Below, piece after piece: positions 54,201 to 64,000 of a stretch of 64,000 nt of DNA. The translations under genes were made by a program, and so were the position numbers. Source of the stretch: Chloropicon primus. Lineage: Eukaryota. Positions within the stretch are counted from its first letter, which is position 1. Every line of letters begins with the position of its first letter. Location of the stretch: positions 682,001 through 746,000 of the forward strand of contig CP060761.1 of NCBI GenBank assembly GCA_023205875.1, written 5' to 3'. The notes beneath the pieces were generated by a model. The model was not told where the DNA came from, made no database searches, and saw nothing but the letters and a program-made list of their open reading frames with translations.

Positions 54201-57200
54201 CCCATGCGAGCTCCTTGCGCAGATTGAGATCCTCCCAAAATACGCGTCAGATGAGGGTTAATGTGACGCAAATGAAGCACAGGAGATGTTGTTCTATGGC
54301 ATGTGCCATGAATAGCATGGATCAGGCCAACAGCTCCAGCAGCAGGCTCAGTGTGACCCACGTAGGTCTTGCCCGCCTGAACACTGAGAGGCGCAGTTCC
54401 CTCCAAATCAGCACTTCTGGATTGCAAAAGCACCGCGTGGGCTGCACCAATCTCAATAGGGTCTCCGAGCGGAGTACCCGTACCATGCATGTTAAGGATA
54501 GCCACAGAGGAGCTTGCCAAAGAAGCCCTCTGCATTGCACTGGATATAACCTTTTGTTGTGCAGGGCCGTTTGGTGCAGTCAAGGCAGATGAGCGACCAT
54601 CTTGGTTCACAGCAGATCCTGCAAAGCACACCACATGGCCTCCTGTCTCAGCAGACTTGCCTTCTACGTCAAGCAACAAAACACCACAAGCTTCTCCACG
54701 CACATATCCATCTGCATCTGCATCGAGGGTCTTGCACCTGCCATCAATGGCCAACATACCAGCCTGCTTGAACACAGCACCAGTATCAGGAGCCAAGGTC
54801 AGGTTCACACCACATGCAAGTGCCATAATGCACTCCCCTAGTAACAGACTGTCACATGCTATGTGGGATCCTACTAAAGAAGAGGAGCAGGCAGTATCTG
54901 TGCTGATTGCAGGACCTTGTAAACCGTAAACATACGAAACACGACCTGCAGCAACACTCAACGCAGTTCCGGTAGATGAATACGAACTACCCTTCGTCCT
55001 ATAGTAGCTTCCCATCTTTCCGTACTCCATTGCAGATATGCCAACAAATACACCCATGTTGTCTTGTTTGGAGAACTTGAAGCATACTTGCAAAATGAAT
55101 CTCTGCTGTGGATCCATCACAAGAGACTCGCTGGATGAAAGCTTGAAGGCATGTGCATCAAAGTTCTCTACTTGTGGGATGAAGCTGCCAAAGTATGATC
55201 CAGCTGAACCAGCCATCCACCCAGATGATTCACAGTCACCTCGGGAATATGGTTCCACAGTATCAATTCCACAAGTGGATGCAAGTGAATCCATACCAAG
55301 GGAACAATGGCTTCCAATGGATGTAACGGCAATCGTAATACCATCCTTGAGTCCTCGTGCATCTGGCACGGCAGATTCAGGCTTTGAGGAAAGTACATCG
55401 CCACCTTGGGCATCCTCCGGAGCAAGGATGTCACTCAAATGATTGCCAATCATGGATATGGAAGGATAATCAAATATCAAGGTAGCAGGCAAATCGATTC
55501 CAAACCTCTGTTGTAAAGCATTGTTGAACTCCACTGTTCCAAGAGAGTCAAGTCCTGCTTCCATCAAAGGCTCTTCTGCTGATATCTCTCGGCCCACGAC
55601 ACTAGCTGCAAGAGCTCCTACAGATGATATGATGGCTTCCTTCTGGAACCTCACTTTACCGGAACGCTGTACAGGTACTTGCGAGGAACTGCTTTCGATG
55701 GATACAGAAGTAGCCTTCCTGAAATTGTCAAAGACTTTGCTTTCTCCGACACCAGCAAGGAACTTGTCCCATACAAATGGAACTGCACTTACAACTGCAT
55801 TCGATACACAAGGACTTCCAAAACGATGACTGGAGTTCTCATACAATACGCTTTTGAGCACAGATAGACCTTCTTCTCCTGACAAAGCTGGCATGCCAAC
55901 ACGTTCCAATCGGGCAGTTGTGGATGGGTCCCGTAAAGCCATTCCTCCACCAGACCATCCTCCCCACTGAATGCTGGTGGCACAGCCTCCCTGAGACTCC
56001 ATGGCGCTGGACCACGTGTCCAAGTAGGCATTGGCTGCACTGTAGTTGGATTGACCCGCTGAGCCTAGCAACGACGCTACAGAAGAGAACAACAGTTGAG
56101 AGGAAACACTGTGACCCCGAGAGCGCGCATGCAAATGATGCAAGGCATCCACCTTGGGTGCAAAGACAGTGCGTACACTCTGCATGCTCTGAGATCCCAA
56201 AAGCATATCAGACAGCAAGCCTCCAGCATGCATCACTTGAGCCAAAGGCATGTCAAGGCCTGGCCACGACAAAGCACTGCTGCACTCCTCCTGGGAGCCT
56301 GCATCGCATCTAATAGCACAGAATACTGCACTGCTCGATGGATCTTGCAAACTCAACAAGGCAGACTTGGATTTGTCCATGTCAACAGGCAACCTGTAAT
56401 GACCAGAACGTCCGGCAAGCCTGAGATCAGGGGTCATGTGTTGGGCAGCCCACTGACCCACGAGGGATCCAAGGGCACCCAAACCACCTGTCACAAAAGA
56501 GCAACCAGACTCCTGCATACTCAACAGACTTGTGGTGCCAAGACCCTGGCTCACAACAACCTTGCCAACATGCTTAGCACCAGCCAGCCAACGGAGGGCA
56601 GCTTGAATGCCGTTCAGTGTATGAGAAGTACTTCTCAGTCCTGACACGGCACCCTCTGCAATACCACCAGCAAGACGGCACAGTGCTTGGTGTGTCCTGG
56701 CAGGAGGCAAGAAGTCCACCGCCAAAAGACTGTAAACCACATCAGGACGCTCCCGGTGTACACCAGATGCACTCCAAATGTCGCGCTTACCAATCTCCAC
56801 CAACTGACCACCAAGATGCAAGCAAGATAAACTTGCTCCGACCATACCTGATGATGTCAGTGAGTTGAGAATCAAGCCCATGCCTTCCACCTGTCCATTG
56901 TAAGCCGTTTGTCCCAAATCGGCATACCTGGTCGATCGCGAACTCACAACATGTTGTACGCCCATAGATCTCAGCAAGTGCCTCTTCAAACTGCTACCTG
57001 CTGTGGCCCACATCTCGCCACCAAGGGCATGAACCACTTGACAAGCAGCCAGGCCTATGCCTCCCGCGGCGGAATGCACCAGTACAGCCTGACCTGCATT
57101 GCTTGGGAGAGATGCTGCATGGCACATGGCAACATCTACGGTCGTAAATACTGTAATCATGGTGCATGCCTCCACAAAAGTAGCGGCCTTGGGAATGGGC

Positions 57201-60200
57201 ACAACTACTTGATGATGTGTGTAGGTATGTGATCCCAGACAACCAGAAGCCAAACCTGCAACAGCAGAGCCAACTGTCAATGGTTGTGGTTGCAAAGATT
57301 TTCCTCCTAGGTGAACTTGAACAACAATACCAGAGACGTCACTTCCTGGAGGACCAGGATCTCCTGGATAAGCTCCAAGAACATTCAAGACATCCCTGAA
57401 ATTCAGTCCGACTGAAATAACCTCTACAAGTAGAATACCCAATGGAGGACTTTCAAGCTTCACTTGGTCTGTGACCAGATTACTCAAGGCACCCCGGGGG
57501 CGGGGCACTATTTGCACAAGGCCTGATGGTGGTACATATGATTCGTTTAACAAACGGGCAACATTGACAAATTGACTTCTGACAACAATTTCATGGCCTT
57601 CATTTTCATTCCACCATGTTGATAGGCTTTCGTCAGATTCTCCTTTGCCAAGATCTACACAAGGCCAAGAAACATTTCTCTGCTCTGATCTTACTGATCG
57701 TAACAGTCCTCTTAGACTTGCAGATAGAGCACAACCCTTGTACACGTTTGCGCATCCCATGCCCATCTGAGATTCCAGCACAGATCCAAATGTCTTCAAA
57801 AGCATTTCCTTACCACTGCCCTTCAAAAGAGGAACAGACTGGGCTATGGACAAAAAGGCACCCACAGCATTCAAATAAGTGTGCTCGTGACTCTCGCCTC
57901 CTTCAACGCATATTGAAGCATTGGACAAATGAACACGGAATAAATGTGATTTGGATATGAGCGTTGTTGCCGGGACAGCTTGAGGCTTCACCATGGAGCT
58001 CTGCCAGCTCATCACATAGATGTTACCCATGGCCTTGCCAACAACTGGTGATGTTCTCATAGATGGTTTGATAGACTTGGTTTGCAAATCCTGAAGTTTG
58101 CTCGCAATAGAACCATCCACATCAAGTATATAGTGAGAGCTCAAGGTTGTGTTACTCTGATCAGGTGAGGCGGCCTTACCACGCACAGCAACTCCAAATA
58201 TGTTCTGGCCAGACAAATCAGATGCAATGGAATACACAGAGAAACCCGCAGGAACCTTGGCATCCTTTGAGGACTCACTACTCGATTCATCGTCCCGTAA
58301 GCCCACTCCGAGATGCATGCATCCATCCAACACAGCAGGGGGCACGGACATGCCAGATTCGTCTGTACCGCTTGTACCAGACAAGCAACCAAACACATGC
58401 TTCCCATTAGAAGCAACGTTGAGTCTCGACACGACTTGGAAGTGTGGACCATATTGCAGACCAACAGAGTACAAAGATGCATACATTGCTGTACTATCCA
58501 CAGATTGGCTGCACTGCCCACGCACAATCTCTGGCGATGCAGACACAGATTTATCATACGCAGAACCAACTGAAGATGATACATGCACATGCTCATCCAG
58601 CTTCAACCCAATACATGCACGGAGGTGCAATCCAGAACCCCCTTGCAAGGAATTGCTTGATCTGATCTCTATGTCACCTTGCTCCATATCAACAAGAACG
58701 GATAACTCACAATCTTCCACCAGACCATTCTGGGTCTCGTGTGGCTTTGCCAGAGTCAAGGGCATTGGAATACTTGCATGAAGAACAAGAGACTTGAGTT
58801 GAGTGCCCATAGTCCCATTGCATATCTCAGACACACATCCACCCATTTCCATGTAGGCAGCACCTGGGCATACAATACGCCCCATGACTTGATGGTCGCA
58901 TATCCATTCAAGAATAGGTCGTTGAAGCTTGGACGACAAGGCAATGATATCAGATCCTGTGTTCTTTCTCACCTCAACAGCTGACATCAGTGGGTGAGTC
59001 AATGGAAGAATCCAGTACCTGTTGGATTCCCAAGCCACAGACTGGAAAGAAAGAGAGCAATTAATGTTGTTGCAGCCAATGGGCAATGACATCAGAACGT
59101 GAGCGTTGGTTCCTTGGAATGCAAAGGAACTTATACCAGTTGGGCACCCGCTTTGAGAGAGCGGAGATGATCTGCTTGTAGACTGCCTTGGCAGAGCATA
59201 GCACGGTCTGGATGCCTTGGCATCGTTTGTGTTTGCACTCATCATCTTCTCCAAGTGAACGTTGATGCTTCTCAAATGCAATATGGAATGGGAAACGTGT
59301 TGTTCAATTGTACTCAATGTCACGATGAGACTTGCAATACCAGCAGCAGATTCTGTATGCCCCACAGATGTCTTGCAGGCCATAAGTAAAGCAGGGGTTC
59401 CATTCTCTGAACGCCCAGAATCACTGATATCTTTCCTTCTCAAGGAAAGAACTCTATCCAAAGCACCAATCTCAATGGGATCACCGAGTGGAGTTCCAGT
59501 ACCATGCAATTGGAAGCCTTCAAGATTGCCGAGATCAAGTGCAGCGTTATTAACAGCGCTTGTGATCACCTTTTGTTGTGCTGGACCATTAGGTGCAGTC
59601 AATGCAGACGATCTACCGTCTTGATTCACAGCAGATCCTTTGAGCTCTACAAAAGCTACGCCTTCGTCCTTGCCGAATCTCTTAATGCAAAGTGCACCAC
59701 ATGCTTCACCCCGGACATAGCCATCAGCTGAAGCATCCAAGGTCTTGCATCGTCCATCAAGAGCGAGCATTCCAGCTTGCTTAAATATTTGGCCCGTGTC
59801 AGGTGCTAGTGTCAAGTTCACACCTATGGACAAAGCCGCATGACATTCTGTTGCAAACAAGCTCTGCATTGCAAGATGTGTTCCTACAAGAGATGATGAG
59901 CAAGCAGTGTCTACAGAAAGAGATGGGCCTGTCAGACCATACATGTACGAGATACGTCCTGCTGCTACGCTTGTCGAACTTGCAGTGGCTGTATACGGAT
60001 TTGGATCCACAGGCACAAAGTACATCAGCTTGCTATAATCAGATGCAGATATGCCAACAAATACACCCATGTTGTCTTGTTTGGAGAACTTGAAGCATAC
60101 TTGCAAAATGAATCTCTGCTGTGGATCCATCACAAGAGACTCGCTGGATGAAAGCTTGAAGGCATGTGCATCAAAGTTCTCTACTTGTGGGATGAAGCTG

Positions 60201-63200
60201 CCAAAGTATGATCCAGCTGAACCAGCCATCCACCCAGATGATTCACAGTCACCTCGGGAATATGGTTCCACAGTATCAATTCCACAAGTGGATGCAAGTG
60301 AATCCATACCAAGGGAACAATGGCTTCCAATGGATGTAATGGCAATCGTAATACCATCCTTGAGTCCTCGTGCATCTGGCACGGCAGATTCAGGCTTTGA
60401 GGAAAGTACATCGCCACCTTGGGCATCCTCCGGAGCAAGGATGTCACTCAAATGATTGCCAATCATGGATATGGAAGGATAATCAAATATCAAGGTAGCA
60501 GGCAAATCGATTCCAAACCTCTGTTGTAAAGCATTGTTGAACTCCACTGTTCCAAGAGAGTCAAGTCCTGCTTCCATCAAAGGCTCTTCTGCTGATATCT
60601 CTCGGCCCACGACACTAGCTGCAAGAGCTCCTACAGATGATATGATGGCTTCCTTCTGGAACCTCACTTTACCAGGAACGCTGTACAGGTACTTGCGAGG
60701 AACTGCTTTCGATGGATACAGAAGTAGCCTTCCTGAAATTGTCAAAGACTTTGCTTTCTCCGACACCAGCAAGGAACTTGTCCCATACAAATGGAACTGC
60801 ACTTACAACTGCATTCGATACACAAGGACTTCCAAAACGATGACTGGAGTTCTCATACAATACGCTTTTGAGCACAGATAGACCTTCTTCTCCTGACAAA
60901 GCTGGCATGCCAACACGTTCCAATCGGGCAGTTGTGGATGGGTCCCGTAAAGCCATTCCTCCACCAGACCATCCTCCCCACTGAATGCTGGTGGCACAGC
61001 CTCCCTGAGACTCCATGGCGCTGGACCACGTGTCCAAGTAGGCATTGGCTGCACTGTAGTTGGATTGACCCGCTGAGCCTAGCAACGACGCTACAGAAGA
61101 GAACAACAGTTGAGAGGAAACACTGTGACCCCGAGAGCGCGCATGCAAATGATGCAAGGCATCCACCTTGGGTGCAAAGACAGTGCGTACACTCTGCATG
61201 CTCTGAGATCCCAAAAGCATATCAGACAGCAAGCCTCCAGCATGCATCACTTGAGCCAAAGGCATGTCAAGGCCTGGCCACGACAAAGCACTGCTGCACT
61301 CCTCCTGGGAGCCTGCATCGCATCTAATAGCACAGAATACTGCACTGCTTGATGGATCTTGCAAACTCAACAAGGCAGACTTGGATTTGTCCATGTCAAC
61401 AGGCAACCTGTAATGACCAGAACGTCCGGCAAGCCTGAGATCAGGGGTCATGTGTTGGGCAGCCCACTGACCCACGAGGGATCCAAGGGCACCCAAACCA
61501 CCTGTCACAAAAGAGCAACCAGACTCCTGCATACTCAACAGACTTGTGGTGCCAAGACCCTGGCTCACAACAACCTTGCCAACATGCTTAGCACCAGCCA
61601 GCCAACGGAGGGCAGCTTGAACGCCGTTCAGTGTATGAGAAGTACTTCTCAGCCCTGACACGGCACCCTCTGCAATACCACCAGCAAGACGGCACAATGC
61701 TTGGTGTGTCCTGGCAGGAGGCAAGAAGTCCACCGCCAAAAGACTGTAAACCACATCAGGACGCTCCCGGTGTACACCAGATGCACTCCAAATGTCGCGC
61801 TTACCAATCTCCACCAACTGACCACCAAGGTGCAAGCAAGATAAACTTGCTCCGACCATACCTGATGATGTCAGCGAGTTGAGAATCAAGCCCATGCCTT
61901 CCACCTGTCCATTGTAAGCCGTTTGTCCCAAATCGGCATACCTGGTCGATCGCGAACTCACAACATGTTGTACGCCCATAGATCTCAGCAAGTGCCTCTT
62001 CAAACTGCTACCTGCTGTGGCCCACATCTCGCCACCAAGGGCATGAACCACTTGACAAGCAGCCAGGCCTATGCCTCCCGCGGCGGAATGCACCAGTACA
62101 GCCTGACCTGCATTGCTTGGCAGAGATGCTGCATGGCACATGGCAACATCTACGGTCGTAAATACTGTAATCATGGTGCATGCCTCCACAAAAGTAGCGG
62201 CCTTGGGAATGGGCACAACTACTTGATGATGTGTGTAGGTATGTGATCCCAGACAACCAGAAGCCAAACCTGCAACAGCAGAGCCAACTGTCAATGGTTG
62301 TGGTTGCAAAGATTTTCCTCCTAGGTGAACTTGAACAACAATACCAGAGACGTCACTTCCTGGAGGACCAGGATCTCCTGGATAAGCTCCAAGAACATTC
62401 AAGACATCCCTGAAATTCAGTCCGACTGAAATAACCTCTACAAGTAGAATACCCAATGGAGGACTTTCAAGCTTCACTTGGTCTGTGACCAGATTACTCA
62501 AGGCACCCCGGGGGCGGGGCACTATTTGCACAAGGCCTGATGGTGGTACATATGATTCGTTTAACAAACGGGCAACATTGACAAATTGACTTCTGACAAC
62601 AATTTCATGGCCTTCATTTTCATTCCACCATGTTGATAGGCTTTCGTCAGATTCTCCTTTGCCAAGATCTACACAAGGCCAAGAAACATTTCTCTGCTCT
62701 GATCTTACTGATCGTAACAGTCCTCTTAGACTTGCAGATAGAGCACAACCCTTGTACACGTTTGCGCATCCCATGCCCATCTGAGATTCCAGCACAGATC
62801 CAAATGTCTTCAAAAGCATTTCCTTACCACTGCCCTTCAAAAGAGGAACAGACTGGGCTATGGACAAAAAGGCACCCACAGCATTCAAATAGGTGTGCTC
62901 GTGACTCTCGCCTCCTTCAACGCATATTGAAGCATTGGACAAATGAACACGGAATAAATGTGATTTGGATATGAGCGTTGTTGCCGGGACAGCTTGAGGC
63001 TTCACCATGGAGCTCTGCCAGCTCATCACATAGATGTTACCCATGGCCTTGCCAACAACTGGTGATGTTCTCATAGATGGTTTGATAGACTTGGTTTGCA
63101 AATCCTGAAGTTTGCTCGCAATAGAACCATCCACATCAAGTATATAGTGAGAGCTCAAGGTTGTGTTACTCTGATCAGGTGAGGCGGCCTTACCACGCAC

Positions 63201-64000
63201 AGCAACTCCAAATATGTTCTGGCCAGACAAATCAGATGCAATGGAATACACAGAGAAACCCGCAGGAACCTTGGCATCCTTTGAGGACTCACTACTCGAT
63301 TCATCGTCCCGTAAGCCCACTCCGAGATGCATGCATCCATCCAACACAGCAGGGGGCACGGACATGCCAGATTCGTCTGTACCGCTTGTACCAGACAAGC
63401 AACCAAACACATGCTTCCCATTAGAAGCAACGTTGAGTCTCGACACGACTTGGAAGTGTGGACCATATTGCAGACCAACAGAGTACAAAGATGCATACAT
63501 TGCTGTACTATCCACAGATTGGCTGCACTGTCCACGCACAATCTCTGGCGATGCAGACACAGATTTATCATACGCAGAACCAACTGAAGATGATACATGC
63601 ACATGCTCATCCAGCTTCAACCCAATACATGCACGGAGGTGCAATCCAGAACCCCCTTGCAAGGAATTGCTTGATCTGATCTCTATGTCACCTTGCTCCA
63701 TATCAACAAGAACGGATAACTCACAATCTTCCACCAGACCATTCTGGGTCTCGTGTGGCTTTGCCAGAGTCAAGGGCATTGGAATACTTGCATGAAGAAC
63801 AAGAGACTTGAGTTGAGTGCCCATAGTCCCATTGCATATCTCAGACACACATCCACCCATTTCCATGTAGGCAGCACCTGGGCATACAATACGCCCCATG
63901 ACTTGATGGTCGCATATCCATTCAAGAATAGGTCGTTGAAGCTTGGACGACAAGGCAATGATATCAGATCCTGTGTTCTTTCTCACCTCAACAGCTGACA
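1..64000 (-). CDS. Giant modular trans-AT-type type I polyketide synthase, internal fragment (~21,300 aa in window; 12 complete and 2 partial modules; 2 frameshifts)
   Basis: Repeated KS (DTACSSSL, HGTGT, GHTE, GTNAH/GINAH), DH (HxxxxxxxxP ... LD), ER (GLNFRD, HAAAGGIG/HSAAGGIG), KR (GGLGxLG, GQxxYxxxN), MT (LEIGAGTGG) and ACP (GLDSL/GMDSL) motifs occur in assembly-line order. The ORFs 60669-63986 and 27059-60802 join after removing one base, and the same modules continue to position 1. No AT (GHSxG) motif seen. No true start or stop lies in the window. Confidence 0.97.
400..5400 (-). other. Module M12: KS-DH-ER-KR-ACP
   Basis: 5,001-bp unit, near-identical to M11. Confidence 0.92.
5401..10401 (-). 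other. Module M11: KS-DH-ER-KR-ACP
   Basis: 5,001-bp unit; KS N-half reads FDSECLRMSQGEAMLMDPQQRLLLQSAWEAL. Confidence 0.92.
10402..15402 (-). other. Module M10: KS-DH-ER-KR-ACP; M9-type KS, with the ACP type switching here
   Basis: 5,001-bp unit; ACP reads DEPLLDAGLDSLGAVELHN rather than DEPLMDAGLDSLGAVELFN. Confidence 0.92.
15403..20400 (-). other. Module M9: KS-DH-ER-KR-ACP
   Basis: 4,998-bp unit, near-identical to M7/M10. Confidence 0.92.
15742..15759. repeat. (GTCCTT)3, M9 KR-ACP linker
   Basis: Read directly. Confidence 0.9.
20401..25398 (-). other. Module M8: KS(variant)-DH-ER-KR-ACP
   Basis: 4,998-bp unit; KS has divergent patches around an intact DTACSSSL. Confidence 0.92.
20740..20757. 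repeat. (GTCCTT)3, M8 KR-ACP linker
   Basis: Read directly. Confidence 0.9.
25738..25761. repeat. (GTCCTT)4, M7 KR-ACP linker
   Basis: Read directly. Confidence 0.9.
27240..27241. other. +1 frameshift (extra C on + strand) in the ER of M7
   Basis: cctccacCaaaagtag here versus cctccacaaaa in the other ten ER copies. Confidence 0.93.
30404..35389 (-). other. Module M6: KS-DH-ER-KR-ACP; chimera of an M2/M4-type KS and an M7-type reductive loop and ACP
   Basis: KS matches M4 up to GTNAHA, then switches to LVQHTMMN...DHRVMGRVLFP as in M7-M12. Confidence 0.92.
30743..30766. repeat. Coding hexamer microsatellite (GTCCTT)4 = (Lys-Asp)4, M6 KR-ACP linker
   Basis: Read directly; protein SKDKDKDKDT. 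Confidence 0.9.
35390..40198 (-). other. Module M5: KS-DH(short)-ER-KR-ACP (copy of M3)
   Basis: Offset 9,975 bp from M3 with the same motifs. Confidence 0.92.
40199..45364 (-). other. Module M4: KS-DH-KR-MT-ACP (copy of M2)
   Basis: Offset 9,975 bp from M2 with the same motifs. Confidence 0.93.
40620..41700 (-). other. SAM-dependent C-methyltransferase domain (M4)
   Basis: ILEIGAGTGG, YVYTDVS, DIVIAANVLH, INE and FGLLDGWW; boundaries approximate. Confidence 0.88.
45365..50173 (-). other. Module M3: KS-DH(short)-ER-KR-ACP
   Basis: LDTACSSSL, THGTGT, KTLFGHTES, FGMSGINAH; DH DHIIMNKILMP ... LDACFV; ER GLNFRD, HAAAGGIG; KR; ACP GLDSL. Confidence 0.92.
50174..55339 (-). other. Module M2: KS-DH-KR-MT-ACP (no ER)
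   Basis: TDTACSSSL, HGTGT, GHTEP; DH LDGCMQ; KR GGLGILG, HCTGQMQD, GQGTYSLSN; MT ILEIGAGTGG, NVLH, INE, FGLLDGWW; ACP GMDSL. Confidence 0.93.
50595..51675 (-). other. SAM-dependent C-methyltransferase domain (M2)
   Basis: ILEIGAGTGG, YVYTDVS, DIVIGANVLH, INE and FGLLDGWW, typical of PKS C-MT domains; boundaries approximate. Confidence 0.88.
55340..60352 (-). other. Module M1: KS-DH-ER-KR-ACP (the KS C-terminal part is unique in the window)
   Basis: VDTACSSSL, LHGTGT, KTSVGHTES, FAFQGTNAH; DH, ER, KR and ACP essentially as in M0. Confidence 0.93.
60353..64000 (-). other. Module M0 (partial): DH-ER-KR-ACP; its KS lies beyond the window
   Basis: DHQVMGRIVCP, LDGCMH, GLNFRD, HSAAGGIG, GGLGALG, GQSNYSAAN, then GLDSL after the 60674 frameshift. 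Confidence 0.92.
60674..60674. other. +1 frameshift (extra A on + strand) in the KR-ACP linker of M0
   Basis: tttaccAggaacg here versus tttaccggaacg in the three sister copies (near 55660, 45685, 35710). Confidence 0.93.

Larger units (their letters stand above)
34157..57265. repeat. 9,975-bp direct tandem duplication (dimodule M2+M3 / M4+M5), about 2.3 periods
   Basis: Homologous shadow ORFs at 35088/45063/55038, 39993/49968 and 43236/53211, all offset 9,975. Confidence 0.97.
55045..64000. repeat. 5,013-bp direct repeat (M0/M1 reductive loop, ACP and the following KS N-half)
   Basis: Offsets 55038/60051 (5,013) and 58200/63214 (5,014, including the inserted base). Confidence 0.95.

Noticed and set aside
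400..60352. Non-elongating KS0 domains
   Set aside because: The complete KSs retain Cys (DTAC), HGTGT and GHTE.
35490..60660. Beta-branching signature in the GLDSLGTVEF-type ACPs
   Set aside because: The motif needs Trp at Ser+6 (GxDSxxxxxW) and here it is Phe; there are no tandem ACPs, ECH or HMGS domains in the window.
27200..60700. Programmed frameshifting or small introns at the two breaks
   Set aside because: The flanks match intact sister copies except for one base; there is no inserted intron sequence or distinctive slippery site.
60675..60802. N-terminus MQFHLY... of the 11,247-aa ORF as a real gene start
   Set aside because: It is an off-frame reading of the M0 KR C-terminus upstream of the 60674 insertion.
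197..63998. Hundreds of 60-190 aa ORFs on the + strand and in alternate minus frames
   Set aside because: They are antisense or off-frame shadows of the PKS. They recur only because the DNA is repeated and show no recognisable protein motifs.

Overview
The whole 64-kb window is an internal, apparently intron-free slice of one giant AT-less (trans-AT-type) modular type I polyketide synthase gene on the minus strand. It is open at both window edges, so this window alone encodes about 21,300 aa. Read from 64000 down to 1 it holds a partial module (M0), 12 complete modules (M1-M12) and the start of another KS (M13). M0, M1, M3, M5 and M6-M12 are KS-DH-ER-KR-ACP (M0's KS lies outside the window); M2 and M4 are KS-DH-KR-MT-ACP. 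The gene is built from near-identical tandem duplications: about seven ~5.0-kb modules, a 9,975-bp dimodule duplication and a 5,013-bp duplication. Two single-base insertions (about 60674 and 27241), absent from the sister copies, break the frame. That is why the ORF track shows 1,105-aa and 11,247-aa pieces and misses the last ~9,000 codons. The motif style (FAFQGTNAH, GLNFRDVLNxLGAYPGDPGPPG) suggests a microalgal giant PKS, but this is inference. The predicted chemistry is a very long, mostly saturated chain with two methyl-branched olefins in isoprenoid-like spacing. All other short ORFs are shadows of the PKS frame.
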